A stretch of 64,000 nt of DNA from an uncultured Chloroflexia bacterium (GTDB lineage: Bacteria; Chloroflexota; Anaerolineae; CG2-30-64-16). The translations under genes and the position numbers were made by a program. Of the stretch, positions 11,301 to 22,307 are shown piece by piece (the first letter of the stretch is position 1; every line of letters starts with the position of its first letter). Below the pieces are notes generated by a model. It was given only the letters and a program-made list of their open reading frames with translations, was not told the DNA's origin and ran no database searches. The stretch lies in contig CAWEMM010000006.1 of assembly GCA_963810095.1 (NCBI GenBank), forward strand, positions 1,152,001 to 1,216,000, read 5' to 3'.

Positions 11301-14300
11301 GCCGCGGCCATGTGCTCGCGATCGTCCATCGCCCGGCAGGCCTGCACCCACTCCTCGTATGACCGGATTGCGCCGGGGATGTCATTGCTCGCTTCGGCAG
11401 CTTCGGCCAGCAGGCGCAGCGCGGCCGCTTCACGGCGGCGGTCGTTGCTCGACCGCGCCAACGCCCGGGCTTCTTCGTAGCATGGCTTTGCCTCGTCGGG
11501 CAGCCCGCGGGCCGCCAGCGTCTCGCCGCGGCGCACCAGGACGTCGGCCGTTGTCGCGGAGTCGCCGGCCGCCCGGAGCAGCGGCAGCGCCTGCTGGTAA
11601 GCCAGCTCCGCCTGCCCCAGGTGCCCCTGCACACGCTGAGCCTCTGCCACCCGCAGCAGGGCCGCGCCTTCGATGTCCGCCCGCCTGTTCAGTTGGGCGA
11701 GTGTAAGGGCCTGCTCCGCCGCCTCTGAAGCGCCGGCAATGCGGCCGCCGTCTGACAAAGCCGCCGCCAGCCCCAAGAGGGCGTTCATTTCGGTCTCGGG
11801 CTGCCACAGCAACCGGGCAGCCGGCAGCGCCTGCTCGAAATACGCCGCCGCGCAGGCCGCTTCGCCCGCGGCCACGCATGCCTCGCCCAGGCGCGTCAGG
11901 AGCAGCAGTTCGCGCGGCCCGTCGGCAGCTTCTCGTGCGGCGGCCAGGGCCTCGCCATAACTCTCGATCGCGGCCCGCGGCCGCCGGGCGGCCATCTGCG
12001 CCTCGCCCAGGTGTATGAGCAAGCTGAGCGCCTCGGGATTGTTTCCCGACAGGCGGGCGGCTGCCGACGGCAGCGGCATATGCGTCGCACGCCTCGGCCG
12101 GCTGTCCGCCGGCGAGCGCCAGCCCGCCAAGCGACCGGTACGCGGCGACAGCCGTCCCGTGATCGCCCTGCGCGGCAGACAGCGGCGCGGCCACCCGATA
12201 CTCGGCGGCGGCGTCGACCCCGCGCCCGGTCCGTTCGTACCCGCGCGCGAGCTCCAGGTGGACATCGCGCTCTGCGGCCGGGTCGCCGGCCAGGTGGACC
12301 GGCTCGACCGCCCGGGCCAGGCTCGCCAGCGCCTCGGCGTCCTCGCCCATCTTCGCCTGCACGAGCGCAAGTGCGCAGAGCACCATGGCTTCGGCGCCCG
12401 CATCGCCGACCGCCCGGGCCTGCTCGAGCGCCAGATCGTACTCGCGCTCGGCCGCGGCCAGCCGGCCCTGGCGCTGATTCAGTTCCGCCAGCTCGAAATG
12501 CAGCGCGCCCGACGCCCCCCGGTCGCCCGCAGCGTCGACCAACGGCAGCGCCGCGGCGTAGTGTGCGGCCGCGGCCTCCAACTCGCCGCGCTCCGCCGCG
12601 GCGTCGCCCAGGTGCTGCAGCAGCGCCGCCTCGACCGACCGGTCGCCGAGCGCTTGAGCGAGGGCCAAGGCGGCAGAATAGGCCGCCTCGGCCGCGTCGA
12701 ACTGGGTTGCGGCATCGTGGGCAGCCCCCAGGTGCAGCAGGGCTGCGAGTTCCTCCGCCCGGTCCCCACGTTCACGGCTGGCCGCGAGCGCAACGTCGGC
12801 GTACTGCAGCGCATCGTCGGTCCGCCCGGCTTGCCGCTCCAGGTCGGCGAGGCGAAGGACCAGGTCGAGACGCGCGCCGGCAGCCCCTCCATGCACGGAC
12901 GCAGAACGGCCCTCCGCGGCCGCGCTTTCTGAGAGCTGGAGCGCCCCGCGCAGGAAGGTGATTGCTTCGTCGAGTTGGCCCTTCGCCCGGTGGCAGTCCG
13001 CCAGGCTGGTTAGGAGATCGCGCTCCACATCCGGGTGCCGCAGCGCCCGGCTCAGCTGCAGGGCCGCTTCAAAACAAGCCGCTGCCAGGTCAGGACGCTC
13101 CGTAGCGACGTGAAGGTCGCCCAGTTTGCGCAATGTGTCCAGCTCGATCTCGGCCTGGCCCAGTTCGCCGCGCGATCGGCAGCGCGCTCTCCAGACATTC
13201 GAGGCCAATGCCGCACAGCCCCAGTTCCAGGTAGGCCCGCGCCAGGTCCCCGAGCACCTGCAGTTCGACCGGCCGCGTGCCCCCGGCGCGGGCAAGGGGC
13301 AAAGCTGCCCCCAGGTCGACCAGCATCGCCTCCCAATCGCCGGCGTCACCATGCGCCCCGGCGACAACCCGCAGCGCGCGCAACTCCGCGTCCCGATCGC
13401 CCAGGCGCCGTGCCAGGGGCAAAGCCGACTCGGCCGCGAGCGCGGCTGCGGCCGCCTGGCCCGCGGCTGCGAGCGCGTCGGAGAGTAAGCACCGGGCCCG
13501 CAGCTCGGTCGCCTCGTCGCTATCGGTCATGGCGACCGCGAGCGCCCCTTCGAGCGTGCCGAGCGCATCCTCGCACTGCTCCGCCTCCAGATAGGCACGC
13601 CCGAGCCCGCACAGGATCGGGCCCTCGCGCCGGGTAACTCCCACGTCGCGTGCCAGCTTCAGGGCCGCGGTATAGTGTGCGATGGCTTCGCCCGGCGCCG
13701 TGTCCACGCACACGTCGCCCAGTTCGCCCATCAACTCGGCCTCGAGACGTGTGTCGTCGACCCGCTCGGCCAGCAGCACGGCCCGGCGGTAAGCTTCAGC
13801 CGCAGGGCCGGCCGCGCCATAACGCCCGGCGGGCAGCGAACCCTCCAACCGTGCGACCCGGCACAGCGCGTCCAGTTCCGCGTATGGGTCGCCAAGTCGC
13901 CTCGCGCAGGCTGCCTGGTCCGCCAGGAGCCGCCGCACTGCGAGGGTATCGTCCCCCGCCGTCCGGGCCGCCCGGAGTTGCTCCAGCGCACTTAGCTCGA
14001 AGCGCGCATCTCCCGAGGCCCGTGCTGAGACGAGGGCCTGCATCAGTGGCTCGACCGCCGCCCCATAATCCCCGTTCCCGTTAAGCGCCGCGCCAACCCG
14101 CAGTTGAGCGAGCCCAATGGCACCCGGATCACCGGTCTCCTGCGCAACCGCCGCGGCCTGGCGGGCCACCCGCAGGGCCGCGCCCGGCTGCCCGAGCTCG
14201 AGCTTGACTTCAGACAACGCCGCCAGGTGCCGGGCCTCCCAACGGCCGCGCCCCGGCGCCGGCGCGGGTCGCAGCGCCTGCTCGAGCCACGCCTCGCGCA

Positions 14301-15294
14301 GGCTGGGCGGCGCAACCAGGGCCAGCAGCCGCGGCGCCGCGCCGGCAAATGCGTCGACTGCGGCCCGCCCGCGCAGGTCGTCCCGGCTCGCCAGTTGTTC
14401 CCACGCAGCCGAGACCTGCAGCCAGTTCTCTGCGTAACGGTCGAGCGCGGCGCCCGCCGCCGGGCCGCCCCCGCCATAGGTCGCTTCCAAGTCCTGGGTC
14501 AGCGCCAACACGGCTTCCGCATGACGCTGACGCACCGTGTCCGCCTCTGAGTGGGCGCCCAAGCGCCACGCGGCGTGTTGCTGCACGTAAGCGGGCAGGA
14601 ACAGGTCCTCTGTCCAGCCGCGCATCTCGAGCACCCCGCAGCTGCAGAGCTCCATGAGCGCACGCCGGGCCCCGTCGTCCGACTCGCCCCAGACCCGGGC
14701 AACCAGGGCCGTGTCCAGCCCGCCCGCGGCAAACGCGCCCAGCATGCGCAAACGCCACTGCATGGCCGGCGCGAGCGTGTCATAGCAGAAGCGGGCATCG
14801 AGAACGAGGGTCAGTTCGTCTTCGCCGCTGGCTCCACCCCGCTCCGGCGCCGGCGTGGCCGCAGCCAAACGCCCGGCCAGCTGCCCGTCACCCGTCAGCA
14901 GCAGGGCCGCGGCGCCCCGCGGGATGAGGGTGTTGAGGACCCAGCGGGCCAGTTCTTCATCCTGCGGCTCCCCCAGGATAAAGAGCGCCCGGCCCCGGTT
15001 CTGCAGGCGTCGTTGGATGGCCCTCGTGCGCCGGTCCAGGTCGACGTCGCCTGAGGCGGCAATGCCCACCTGGCGTTCGGCCTGCCGCAGAACGGTCAGC
15101 GGGAGGACACCGCCCTGCATGTCCAGCCAGATCGCGCCGGCCGGAAACAGGTCGCCGCACGCCTCGACCGCGCTGCGCGCAAGCGCCGCACGCGTCCGGT
15201 CATCTTCGGCGCGGAGCGAAACCGCGTTCACACCGGATTGGGGCACGGCGGCGAGGAGCGCACACGCAGCCCGAATGATGGGTGAGCGGATCAT
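8375..15294 (-). CDS. Giant (~2300 aa) tetratricopeptide-repeat protein with degenerate N-terminal NB-ARC/STAND-like region; two frameshifts (~13170, ~12070)
   Basis: Overlapping ORFs 13090..15294, 11430..13367 and 8375..12403 join into continuous ~40-aa TPR repeats (e.g. RALEGNTLNNLGNAH); AAGGAG RBS before ATG 15294. Confidence 0.85.
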
Positions 15295-15340
15295 GGCGTT
15301 CTCCTTGGGTTGAGCAGGGTTATCCAGTATTTCCTATATC

Positions 15341-15369
15341 ATTGTAATACTATTTTTTAGTGGATGCAA
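15341..15369 (-). promoter_or_regulatory. Sigma70-type promoter of the TPR gene
   Basis: TTGCAT-17 bp-TACAAT on the minus strand in an AT-rich stretch. Confidence 0.65.
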
Positions 15370-15382
15370 GTAGGAAAAAAGG

Positions 15383-15421
15383 GGAAAAGAAAGGGAGGCG
15401 CACCCTTGCGAGGCGCCTCCC
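15383..15421 (-). terminator. Intrinsic terminator after tRNA-Lys
   Basis: GGGAGGCGC...GCGCCTCCC stem followed by TTTCTTTT on the minus strand. Confidence 0.8.
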
Positions 15422-15434
15422 AGCAGGAAGAAGA

Positions 15435-15507
<73 letters not shown>

Positions 15508-15547
15508 AACGCCGTGATGATAGCACAGCCGGGGGTGGGCGGCAAAC

Positions 15548-15584
15548 GCAGAAACCGGGTTTCTTCGAGAAACGGCGTTTCTGC
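15548..15584. repeat. AAACCGGGTTTC palindromic repeat/hairpin
   Basis: GCAGAAACCGGGTTTCTTCGAGAAACGGCGTTTCTGC; same arm at 24546..24595. Confidence 0.6.
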
Positions 15585-15589
15585 AGAGC

Positions 15590-16936
15590 TCAGCTGCCGA
15601 AATACTGCTCCACCGCGTCGGGCGCCCACTGCTCCACCACCGAGCGCGGCACGCCGTTCGACTGCGCAATGCGCCCGTAGATCGCGGCGCTTGTCCGCGG
15701 CGTCCGCACGCCCGTCGCCGGGTCCAGCTCGATCAGCCCGAAGCGCAGGTTCCAGCCCTCGGACCACTCGAAGTTGTCGACCAGCGTCCAGTGATAATAC
15801 CCCCGCACGTCCACGCCGTCCTGGATCGCGCGCCAGACCTCGGGCAGATACGTGCTCAGCACATACGGGCGCTGCTTGTCCTCCCGGTCGGGCACCCCGT
15901 TCTCCGTGATGTAGACCGGCTTGCCGTACTCCTGCAGCTTCTTCAGCGCCAGGTACATGCCCGGCGGGTTGATCTCGCAGAACGGCTGCCCGTCCGAGGT
16001 GCACTCGCACGACGCGACTTCAGGCGCATGGTACTGGCTGGCGAAAAACAGCGCCGGCTGCCTCGCGTCGAACTTGATGCGCGCCGTCGAGTAGTAGTTG
16101 AGCCCGATGTAATCGCTGGAGTCGATCAACTGGGGGACGACCTGGCCCATGCCAACCAACGGACCCAGCCGGCCGTAAGTAACCGCGTCCAGCGTGGAGC
16201 GATTCGCTATCTGGTCGAAGAACACGGCCAGGCGGCGGTCCAGCGGGTTGCGCGGGTCGGCCGGGAGGAAGTACCGCATGTGGTGGGCCAGGCCCACCCG
16301 GGCGTCGTTCTGAATGCGATGGATCGTGCGATAGGCGCGGCCGTGAGCCAGCAGCATAGTGCGCAGGACGCCCAACGCCCGGGGCAGGCTGGCCCCACCG
16401 GGCGGGAAGAGCCCCTGGTGGAAGCCGTAGAACGCATAGACGATCGGCTCGTTGATCGTGCACCACAGGTTGACCCGGTCGCCCAGCGCGCCCACGACCC
16501 GCTCGGTGAAACGCGAGAAGTAGTCGCCGATGAGCGGGTTCTCCCAACCGCCCAGTTCGCCAAGCCAGACTGGATCGGTGAAGTGGTGCAGCGTGACCAT
16601 CGGCTCGATGCCCCGCTCGCAGAGCAGCCCCACCATCTCCCCGTACTTCGCGAGCGCCCGGGCATCAAACTCGCCGGGCGCCGGCTCAATCCGGCTCCAT
16701 TCGACAGAGATGCGCAGTGCATTCAGCCCCATCTCGGCTGCCCGGTCGAAGTCGCTTGCGGCGGTTGCCAGGTCCCACCAGTTCGTGGCCTTCTCGCACC
16801 GCTGGCCCTCGAAGATGTGCCCCGGCTCCTGTTCCCACAGGTGCCAGTTGTTCGCGCGGTTATCGCCCTCGTTCTGGTGCGCCGCGGTTGCCGCGCCCCA
16901 GCGAAAGCCATCAGGAAAACGCAGAATGTCGGTCAT
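15590..16936 (-). CDS. Glycoside hydrolase family 1 (beta-glucosidase-like)
   Basis: FRWGAATAAHQNEG, TINEP acid/base, ITENG nucleophile, DNFEW. Confidence 0.95.
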   Translation of the reverse strand: MTDILRFPDGFRWGAATAAHQNEGDNRANNWHLWEQEPGHIFEGQRCEKATNWWDLATAASDFDRAAEMGLNALRISVEWSRIEPAPGEFDARALAKYGEMVGLLCERGIEPMVTLHHFTDPVWLGELGGWENPLIGDYFSRFTERVVGALGDRVNLWCTINEPIVYAFYGFHQGLFPPGGASLPRALGVLRTMLLAHGRAYRTIHRIQNDARVGLAHHMRYFLPADPRNPLDRRLAVFFDQIANRSTLDAVTYGRLGPLVGMGQVVPQLIDSSDYIGLNYYSTARIKFDARQPALFFASQYHAPEVASCECTSDGQPFCEINPPGMYLALKKLQEYGKPVYITENGVPDREDKQRPYVLSTYLPEVWRAIQDGVDVRGYYHWTLVDNFEWSEGWNLRFGLIELDPATGVRTPRTSAAIYGRIAQSNGVPRSVVEQWAPDAVEQYFGS

Positions 16937-16977
16937 CGCCTCGGCCCCCCGGCCTCGTCGCAGGCTGTCAGGAGATC

Positions 16978-17050
16978 AACCACCAAGGCCCAAAGCCACG
17001 AAGGATCACAAAGGTCTTTGTGACCCTCGTGGCTTTGTGCCTTGGTGGTT
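16978..17050. repeat. Palindromic intergenic repeat (family A, copy 2)
   Basis: AACCACCAAGGCCCAAAGCCACGAAGG...CCTCGTGGCTTTGTGCCTTGGTGGTT long imperfect hairpin. Confidence 0.75.
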
Positions 17051-17525
17051 AATTCGGGTTCTCGTTGTCCGTGCTTGCGGGCGCGGGCGCCGCGGCCCAG
17101 TGCTGTAGCTCGACGCCGGCCTCGGTCAGGAACGCGACGGCGTTCTCGTCCGGGTAATGACCCGCGTAGACCACCCGGTTGATGCCTGCGTTGATGATCA
17201 TTTTCGCGCAGGTCAGGCACGGCTGATGGGTCACATAGATCGTCCCGCCGTCCACGCTGACGCCGTGCAGGGCGGCCTGGATGATCGCGTTCTGCTCCGC
17301 ATGCAGCGTCCGCACGCAGTGGTTGGCGATCATCAGGTGGCCCACCTCGTCACAGTGCGGCAGTCCGGCCGGCGAACCGTTGTAGCCGGTGGTCAGAATG
17401 CGCCGTTCTTTGACGATGATCGAGCCGACGCGCGCCCGGTCACACGTGCTGCGCTTCGCCACCTGGAAGGTGATGTCCATGAAGTAGTCGTCCCACGAAG
17501 GGCGAACGTGGACCTGCTCGCTCAT
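17049..17525 (-). CDS. dCMP deaminase (ComEB-like)
   Basis: RPSWDDYFM, TGYNG, HAEQNAI, PCLTC zinc motifs. Confidence 0.93.
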   Translation of the reverse strand: MSEQVHVRPSWDDYFMDITFQVAKRSTCDRARVGSIIVKERRILTTGYNGSPAGLPHCDEVGHLMIANHCVRTLHAEQNAIIQAALHGVSVDGGTIYVTHQPCLTCAKMIINAGINRVVYAGHYPDENAVAFLTEAGVELQHWAAAPAPASTDNENPN

Positions 17526-17541
17526 AGACGCCTCACGTTCA

Positions 17542-18183
17542 TCAGCCCGTGCCGAACTGGCGGTCGCCCGCATCGCCCAGCCCCGGCACAATGTAGCCGA
17601 TCTCGTTGAGCCGTTCGTCGACGGCCGCCAAGTGGATGGGCACGTCGGGGTGGGCGCTATGCAGCTTGTGAACGCCTTCCGGCGCGCCGATGATGCCCAC
17701 GTACTTGATGCGCGCCGCGCCCCACTTCTTAAGGATGTCGACCGTCGCCGAGGCCGAACCGCCCGTCGCCAGCATCGGATCGAGGATCAGGCACACCTGG
17801 ACCGTGGGCGAAATCGGCAGCTTGTTGTAATACTGCACCGGTCGCAGCGTTCGCTCGTCACGGAAGAGGCCGATGTGCCAGACCTCTGCGCCCGGCATCA
17901 TCTCCCAGATGCCCTCGACCATGCCCAGACCCGCCCGCAGCACCGGGACCAGGCCGATCGTCTCGGTCACCTCGCGACATTGGGCGACGGCGAGCGGCGT
18001 TTCCACGTCCTTGTCCATCAGTCGCAGGTCGGCCGTCGCTTCGTACGCCAGCAGGATGGCAATCTCGCGGATCAATTCGCGGAACTTCTTGGGCTCGGTT
18101 CGCTTGTCGCGCAGCCGCGACAGCTTGTGCTGGATGAGGGGATGGTTTGAAACGAACACGTTGTCGGGTAAGGGGTTCACCAT
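17542..18183 (-). CDS. upp: Uracil phosphoribosyltransferase
   Basis: [29 protein letters not shown]. Confidence 0.97.
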   Translation of the reverse strand: MVNPLPDNVFVSNHPLIQHKLSRLRDKRTEPKKFRELIREIAILLAYEATADLRLMDKDVETPLAVAQCREVTETIGLVPVLRAGLGMVEGIWEMMPGAEVWHIGLFRDERTLRPVQYYNKLPISPTVQVCLILDPMLATGGSASATVDILKKWGAARIKYVGIIGAPEGVHKLHSAHPDVPIHLAAVDERLNEIGYIVPGLGDAGDRQFGTG

Positions 18184-18239
18184 GTCCTCCCGTGTGAAGA
18201 AACCTGTTTCTGACTGACGAATGCGACTCGTTGCTCGCA

Positions 18240-18286
18240 GAAAAAACGGGTTGGGCGGCCCGTTAAATGGGGCAGTCCCAACCCGT
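18240..18286 (-). terminator. Intrinsic terminator between dksA-like gene and upp
   Basis: ACGGGTTGGG...CCCAACCCGT stem followed by a T run on the minus strand. Confidence 0.7.
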
Positions 18287-18350
18287 CACAAAGCGGGCCG
18301 GTTCGCGTCTCCGGCCCTTCCTCTGCACGTACATGCACGCACGCTCCGCG

Positions 18351-18737
18351 TTATTCGATCTCTTGTGGCTCGCGCGGCAGTTGCCCGCGCTTGATCAGTT
18401 TCTCGACCTCAACCTGGCAAGTCACGCACAGGGTGGCGTCCGGGCGCACTTCCAGCCGCTCCGTGGGGATTTCCTTGCCGCAGCGCTCACACGTCCCGTA
18501 CCGGCCCTTGTCAATGGACCGCAAAGCGGCCTGCACGCGCGCCAGTCGGCCCTCGAGCTGGCTGACCAACGCGACATTCTTCTCCCGTTCGATCAGGTCG
18601 GGGTCGCCTTCTTCAGCGTCTACATCCACTTCGACCTTGAGGGCCTCGCGCAAACGCTCCAGTTCGCCCGTGATGCGCGTCTGCTCTTCGGCCAGCTTAT
18701 GGCGCTCGCGGGCAATGATTTGTGGTCTTGTCGGCAT
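18351..18737 (-). CDS. TraR/DksA C4-type zinc finger protein
   Basis: Coiled coil then YGTCERCGKEIPTERLEVRPDATLCVTCQ. Confidence 0.92.
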   Translation of the reverse strand: MPTRPQIIARERHKLAEEQTRITGELERLREALKVEVDVDAEEGDPDLIEREKNVALVSQLEGRLARVQAALRSIDKGRYGTCERCGKEIPTERLEVRPDATLCVTCQVEVEKLIKRGQLPREPQEIE

Positions 18738-18876
18738 CAAAAGGCTCCTTTTAGCGACCCGGAAAATGGTCGACCTCTTATACCACATAACGTACACGCC
18801 GTCAACGCGGTCGCTGGAGCTACAGAAACGCGGGGCGGGCGCTTGGCCCGGCAAGCCCTGTGTCACCTGCCGATCG

Positions 18877-19281
18877 TCAGCCCGGCCCTTTGTTCCACGA
18901 ACCGATCTCGATCAGGTTGCCTTCCGGGTCTGCGACCATGGACGAACGCATACCCCACGGCTCGTCGCGTGGCGCATATACCGGCCGCCCACCCAAGGCA
19001 ACCACCCGCTCAAAGGCCGGGCCAACGTCTTCAAACAGCGGCATGTCGATCGCCAGTTCGAAGGTCCCGTTCAGCCCGGTCGGATATCCCGGCTCCTGCC
19101 CGAGCAGCTCGGGCAACAGCCGCCGCTCGTACATGGACATGCGGACGCCGTCGTTCTTGAACTCCGCATACGGGCTCTCGCCATCCCACTCGACTTCGAA
19201 CATCAACACGTCGCGGTAGAACGCCACCATCCGGCGGATGTCGCTCACAAAAATGCCCACCATGTCCAGTCGCGTGCCCAT
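18877..19281 (-). CDS. VOC/glyoxalase family protein
   Basis: FYRDVL...EPWGMRSSMVADPEGNLIEI. Confidence 0.9.
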   Translation of the reverse strand: MGTRLDMVGIFVSDIRRMVAFYRDVLMFEVEWDGESPYAEFKNDGVRMSMYERRLLPELLGQEPGYPTGLNGTFELAIDMPLFEDVGPAFERVVALGGRPVYAPRDEPWGMRSSMVADPEGNLIEIGSWNKGPG

Positions 19282-19295
19282 CGGTCCTCCTTGGC

Positions 19296-20174
19296 CTACC
19301 CGGCCAGCAATTCGTCGAGGATCTGATCGAATGCCCCGACCGCGAGCGAAAGGTGGCCTTCGCCCGGCAGCAGGTGGCGCTTGGAGCCGGGGACGTGATC
19401 CGCGAGCCAGACGCCATGCGCAAACGGCACCATGCGATCCTCTGTCCCCTGCCAGATCGCGACATCGTGCAGGCCCGCCAGGTCAAAACCCCAGTCCTTG
19501 GTGAAGGCCAGGTCGTCGTCGCGCTGGCCCGCCACGCCGTTTGCCAGCGCCGCCTGGAACGAACCCAGCAGGAACTCCGCGTACTCGCCCGTCACCTGGG
19601 CCTTGTCGACCTCCGAGACCAAGCCCCCCAAGGCCTGCGCCAGGTCCGGACCCGCGAGCCCCGCCAGCGACCCGGCAAACGCCTCGAGGAAGGGCGTGAG
19701 CGGGCCGCTGCCCTGCGAGGCGAGCCCGAACTCCTCTACGTTCTCGGGTCCCATGCCGTCGAACCAATCCAGCCCCTCGGCGGGATAAGGCGCTACGCCC
19801 GCGATCGTGGCTGCGGCCAGGCAGCGCTCGGGCAGAGCAGCCGCACAGGCCAGGGCATGGGGTCCACCGCCCGACGCGCCGACCGTGCGAAAGGTCTTGA
19901 CGCCGAGTGCGCCCAGAATACAGGCGACATCTGCGGCCGCGTCGACCACTCGCCGCCCTGGTTGGGGCGTGGACGCGCCATAACCCGGCCGCGAGTAGCG
20001 CACCAGCCTCACCCCACGTGCCGCGGCCGATGCGACGTGCGCCGGCAACTCCATCCCCACGCCCGGCGTGCCGTGGTGGCTCACGATCACCGGCCCGTCC
20101 GCCGGCCCATACGTCCAGACCTCCAGCGTGCGGCCGTCGGCCGTTTCGATATGTAAGGGTAGATCGACAGTCAT
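19296..20174 (-). CDS. Alpha/beta hydrolase
   Basis: HHGTPG, RPGYGAS, GASGGG nucleophile elbow, GEGHLS. Confidence 0.9.
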   Translation of the reverse strand: MTVDLPLHIETADGRTLEVWTYGPADGPVIVSHHGTPGVGMELPAHVASAAARGVRLVRYSRPGYGASTPQPGRRVVDAAADVACILGALGVKTFRTVGASGGGPHALACAAALPERCLAAATIAGVAPYPAEGLDWFDGMGPENVEEFGLASQGSGPLTPFLEAFAGSLAGLAGPDLAQALGGLVSEVDKAQVTGEYAEFLLGSFQAALANGVAGQRDDDLAFTKDWGFDLAGLHDVAIWQGTEDRMVPFAHGVWLADHVPGSKRHLLPGEGHLSLAVGAFDQILDELLAG

Positions 20175-20349
20175 ACGACCTCCAGTCGGCAATAGTATAT
20201 CAAATATGGGCATCCGCCGGTTGGCCCTTCGTTCGTATGCGGCCCAATGCGTCCACGGCCGCGCGCCGCGTATGGCTGGAATTCGCCCGCTCCGTGCTAT
20301 AATAGGGGATACGCCCCGTCCGGACGGGCGTCGATCATGGAGTAGTGGT

Positions 20350-22110
20350 ATGTCTGAGAAGATCCTCGTCTGCGTCGCCTGGCCTTACTGCAACGGCGAC
20401 ATGCACATCGGCCACATCGCCGGCGCCTACCTGCCGTCTGACATCTTCGCCCGCTATCACCGGCTGGCGGGGAACGACGTGCTCATGGTCTCCGGCTCCG
20501 ACACACACGGCACGCCCATCACCGTGCGCGCCGAGGAGGAGGGTATCTCCCCGCGAGGTGGTGGACCGCTACCATCCCCGCAACGTGGAGATGATGCGGC
20601 AGTTGGGGATCAGCTTCGACCTGTTCACCGAGACCGACACGGAGAACCATTGGGCCGTCACCCAGGAGATGTTCCTCGAGCACCTCAAGAACGAGGTCGT
20701 CTACAAAGACAAGATGCCCCAGCTCTACTGCGTCGACTGCAACAAGTGGCTCGCCGACCGCTACGTGGAAGGCACTTGCCCCCATTGCGGCTACACCGGC
20801 GCGCGGGGCGACCAGTGCGACAACTGCGGCCGCACCTACGACGCCATCGAGCTGATCAACCCCCGCTGCAAGTACTGCGGCGGCTCCAACATCGAAGTGC
20901 GCGAGACCGAGCACTTTTTCCTCGACCTCGGCGCGCTGAACGACCCGCTCCTCGAGTGGGTCACCAGCGGCGCCAAGACGCACTGGCGGCCCAACGTCTA
21001 TAACTACACCGTTTCGCGCCTCGCCACCCACGAACTGCACGGCCGGCCGATCACGCGCGACCTCACGTGGGGCGTCACGATTCCGCTGCCCGGCTACGAG
21101 AACAAGCGCATCTACGTCTGGTACGACGCGGTAATCGGCTACCTGTCCGCGTCGAAGGAGTGGGCCGGCGGTCGTCGGCCGGCCCGAGGCGTGGCGCGAG
21201 TGGTGGAACGACAAGGACGCCCGCACCTACTACTTCATCGGCAAGGACAACATCGACTTCCACACCATCATCTGGCCCGGCATGCTGATCGGCTACGGCC
21301 ACGATTTGAACCTGCCCTACGACGTGCCGGCCAACGAGTACCTGAACGTCGAGGGCCGCAAGCTCTCGCAAGAGCCGGCGCTGGATGATCGTCATGGGCG
21401 ACGTGCTCGAGCGGTACGCGCCCGACCCCTGGCGCTACGCGCTCTGCGCCAGCATGCCCGAGAGCACGGACGTCAACTTCACCTGGGAAGAGTTCGTCCG
21501 CCGCAACAACGAGGAGTTGGTTGCGACCTGGGGCAACCTGGCGAACCGGGTGCTGGGCTTCGCATTCAAGCGCTACGACGGCAAGGTGCCCCAGCCCGGC
21601 TCGCTCAACGCCGACGACCAGGCCATGCTCGACGCGATCCAGCCGGCGTTCGACAAGGTCACGGCCGCACTTGAGGCCGTGAAGCTCAAGCTGGCGCTGG
21701 GCGAGGCGATGGCGCTGGCGCACGAAGCAAACCGGTACCTGAACGTCAAGGAGCCTTGGAAACAGATCAAGACCGACCCCGAGGCCGCGGCCACCAGCGT
21801 GTTCGTCGCCCTGCGGGTCATCGATACGCTCAAGACGCTCTTCGCGCCGTTCCTGCCCTACACCTGCCAGGCGCTGCACGAGTACCTGGGCTACGACGGG
21901 CAGTTGTTCGGCAGCGTGTACACCGAGACGCTGCACGAGACGGAGCGCGAACACCTCGCGCTGCGCTATGACGCGACCGGCGCGAAGGGGTGCTGGTCGG
22001 TCAGCGACCTGCAGCCGGGCCAGCCTCTCCGCGAGCCCAAGCCCCTGTTCCTCAAGCTCGAGCCAACGGTTGCCGAGGAAGAAGTCGAGCGAATGGCAGC
22101 CGGCGCGTGA
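20350..22110 (+). CDS. metG: Methionine--tRNA ligase; about 3 frameshifts (~20552, ~21170, ~21370)
   Basis: [21 protein letters not shown], Zn knuckles, YVWYDA, FIGKDN, KLS (KMSKS-like), GNLANR. Confidence 0.95.
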
Positions 22111-22116
22111 AACGCA

Positions 22117-22174
22117 GGGGTGAGGCATTCACAGCGCCGGCCGATCGGGCCGGCGCTGTGAATGCCTCTCCCCC
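22117..22174. repeat. REP-like long hairpin after metG (possible terminator)
   Basis: GGGGTGAGGCATTCACAGCGCCGGCC...GGCCGGCGCTGTGAATGCCTCTCCCC. Confidence 0.7.
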
Positions 22175-22184
22175 ACCGCAGGAA

Positions 22185-22238
22185 ATAACTATCAATATCT
22201 TCATAGTAATTGACAGGGGACGGGCCCTGTGCTAATAT
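22185..22238 (+). promoter_or_regulatory. Sigma70 promoter with adjacent inverted repeats (candidate SufR-like operator)
   Basis: TTGACA(22210)-17-TAATAT(22233); imperfect palindromes ATAACTAT...ATAGTAAT upstream and ACAGGG...CCCTGT in the spacer. Confidence 0.65.
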
Positions 22239-22307
22239 GCGGGCCTAACGCGCTCGCCGTATGAGCGGTCATGCGGCGGGCGATTTTATCAGCACGAGGC
22301 GGATTCC

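Noticed and set aside
8414-11362. Long antisense and alternate-frame ORFs (e.g. 8414..11362 +, 33557..35347 -, 62186..63976 -)
   Set aside because: Shadow ORFs of GC-rich genes on the opposite strand; no recognisable motifs.
20350-22110. metG, htpG and others as pseudogenes or programmed frameshifts
   Set aside because: Essential or conserved genes with intact motifs and scattered single-base indels without slippery sites; best explained as sequencing error.
22240-22300. Moco riboswitch upstream of the moaA unit
   Set aside because: Only one simple hairpin in a ~65-nt leader; too short for the multi-stem Moco motif.
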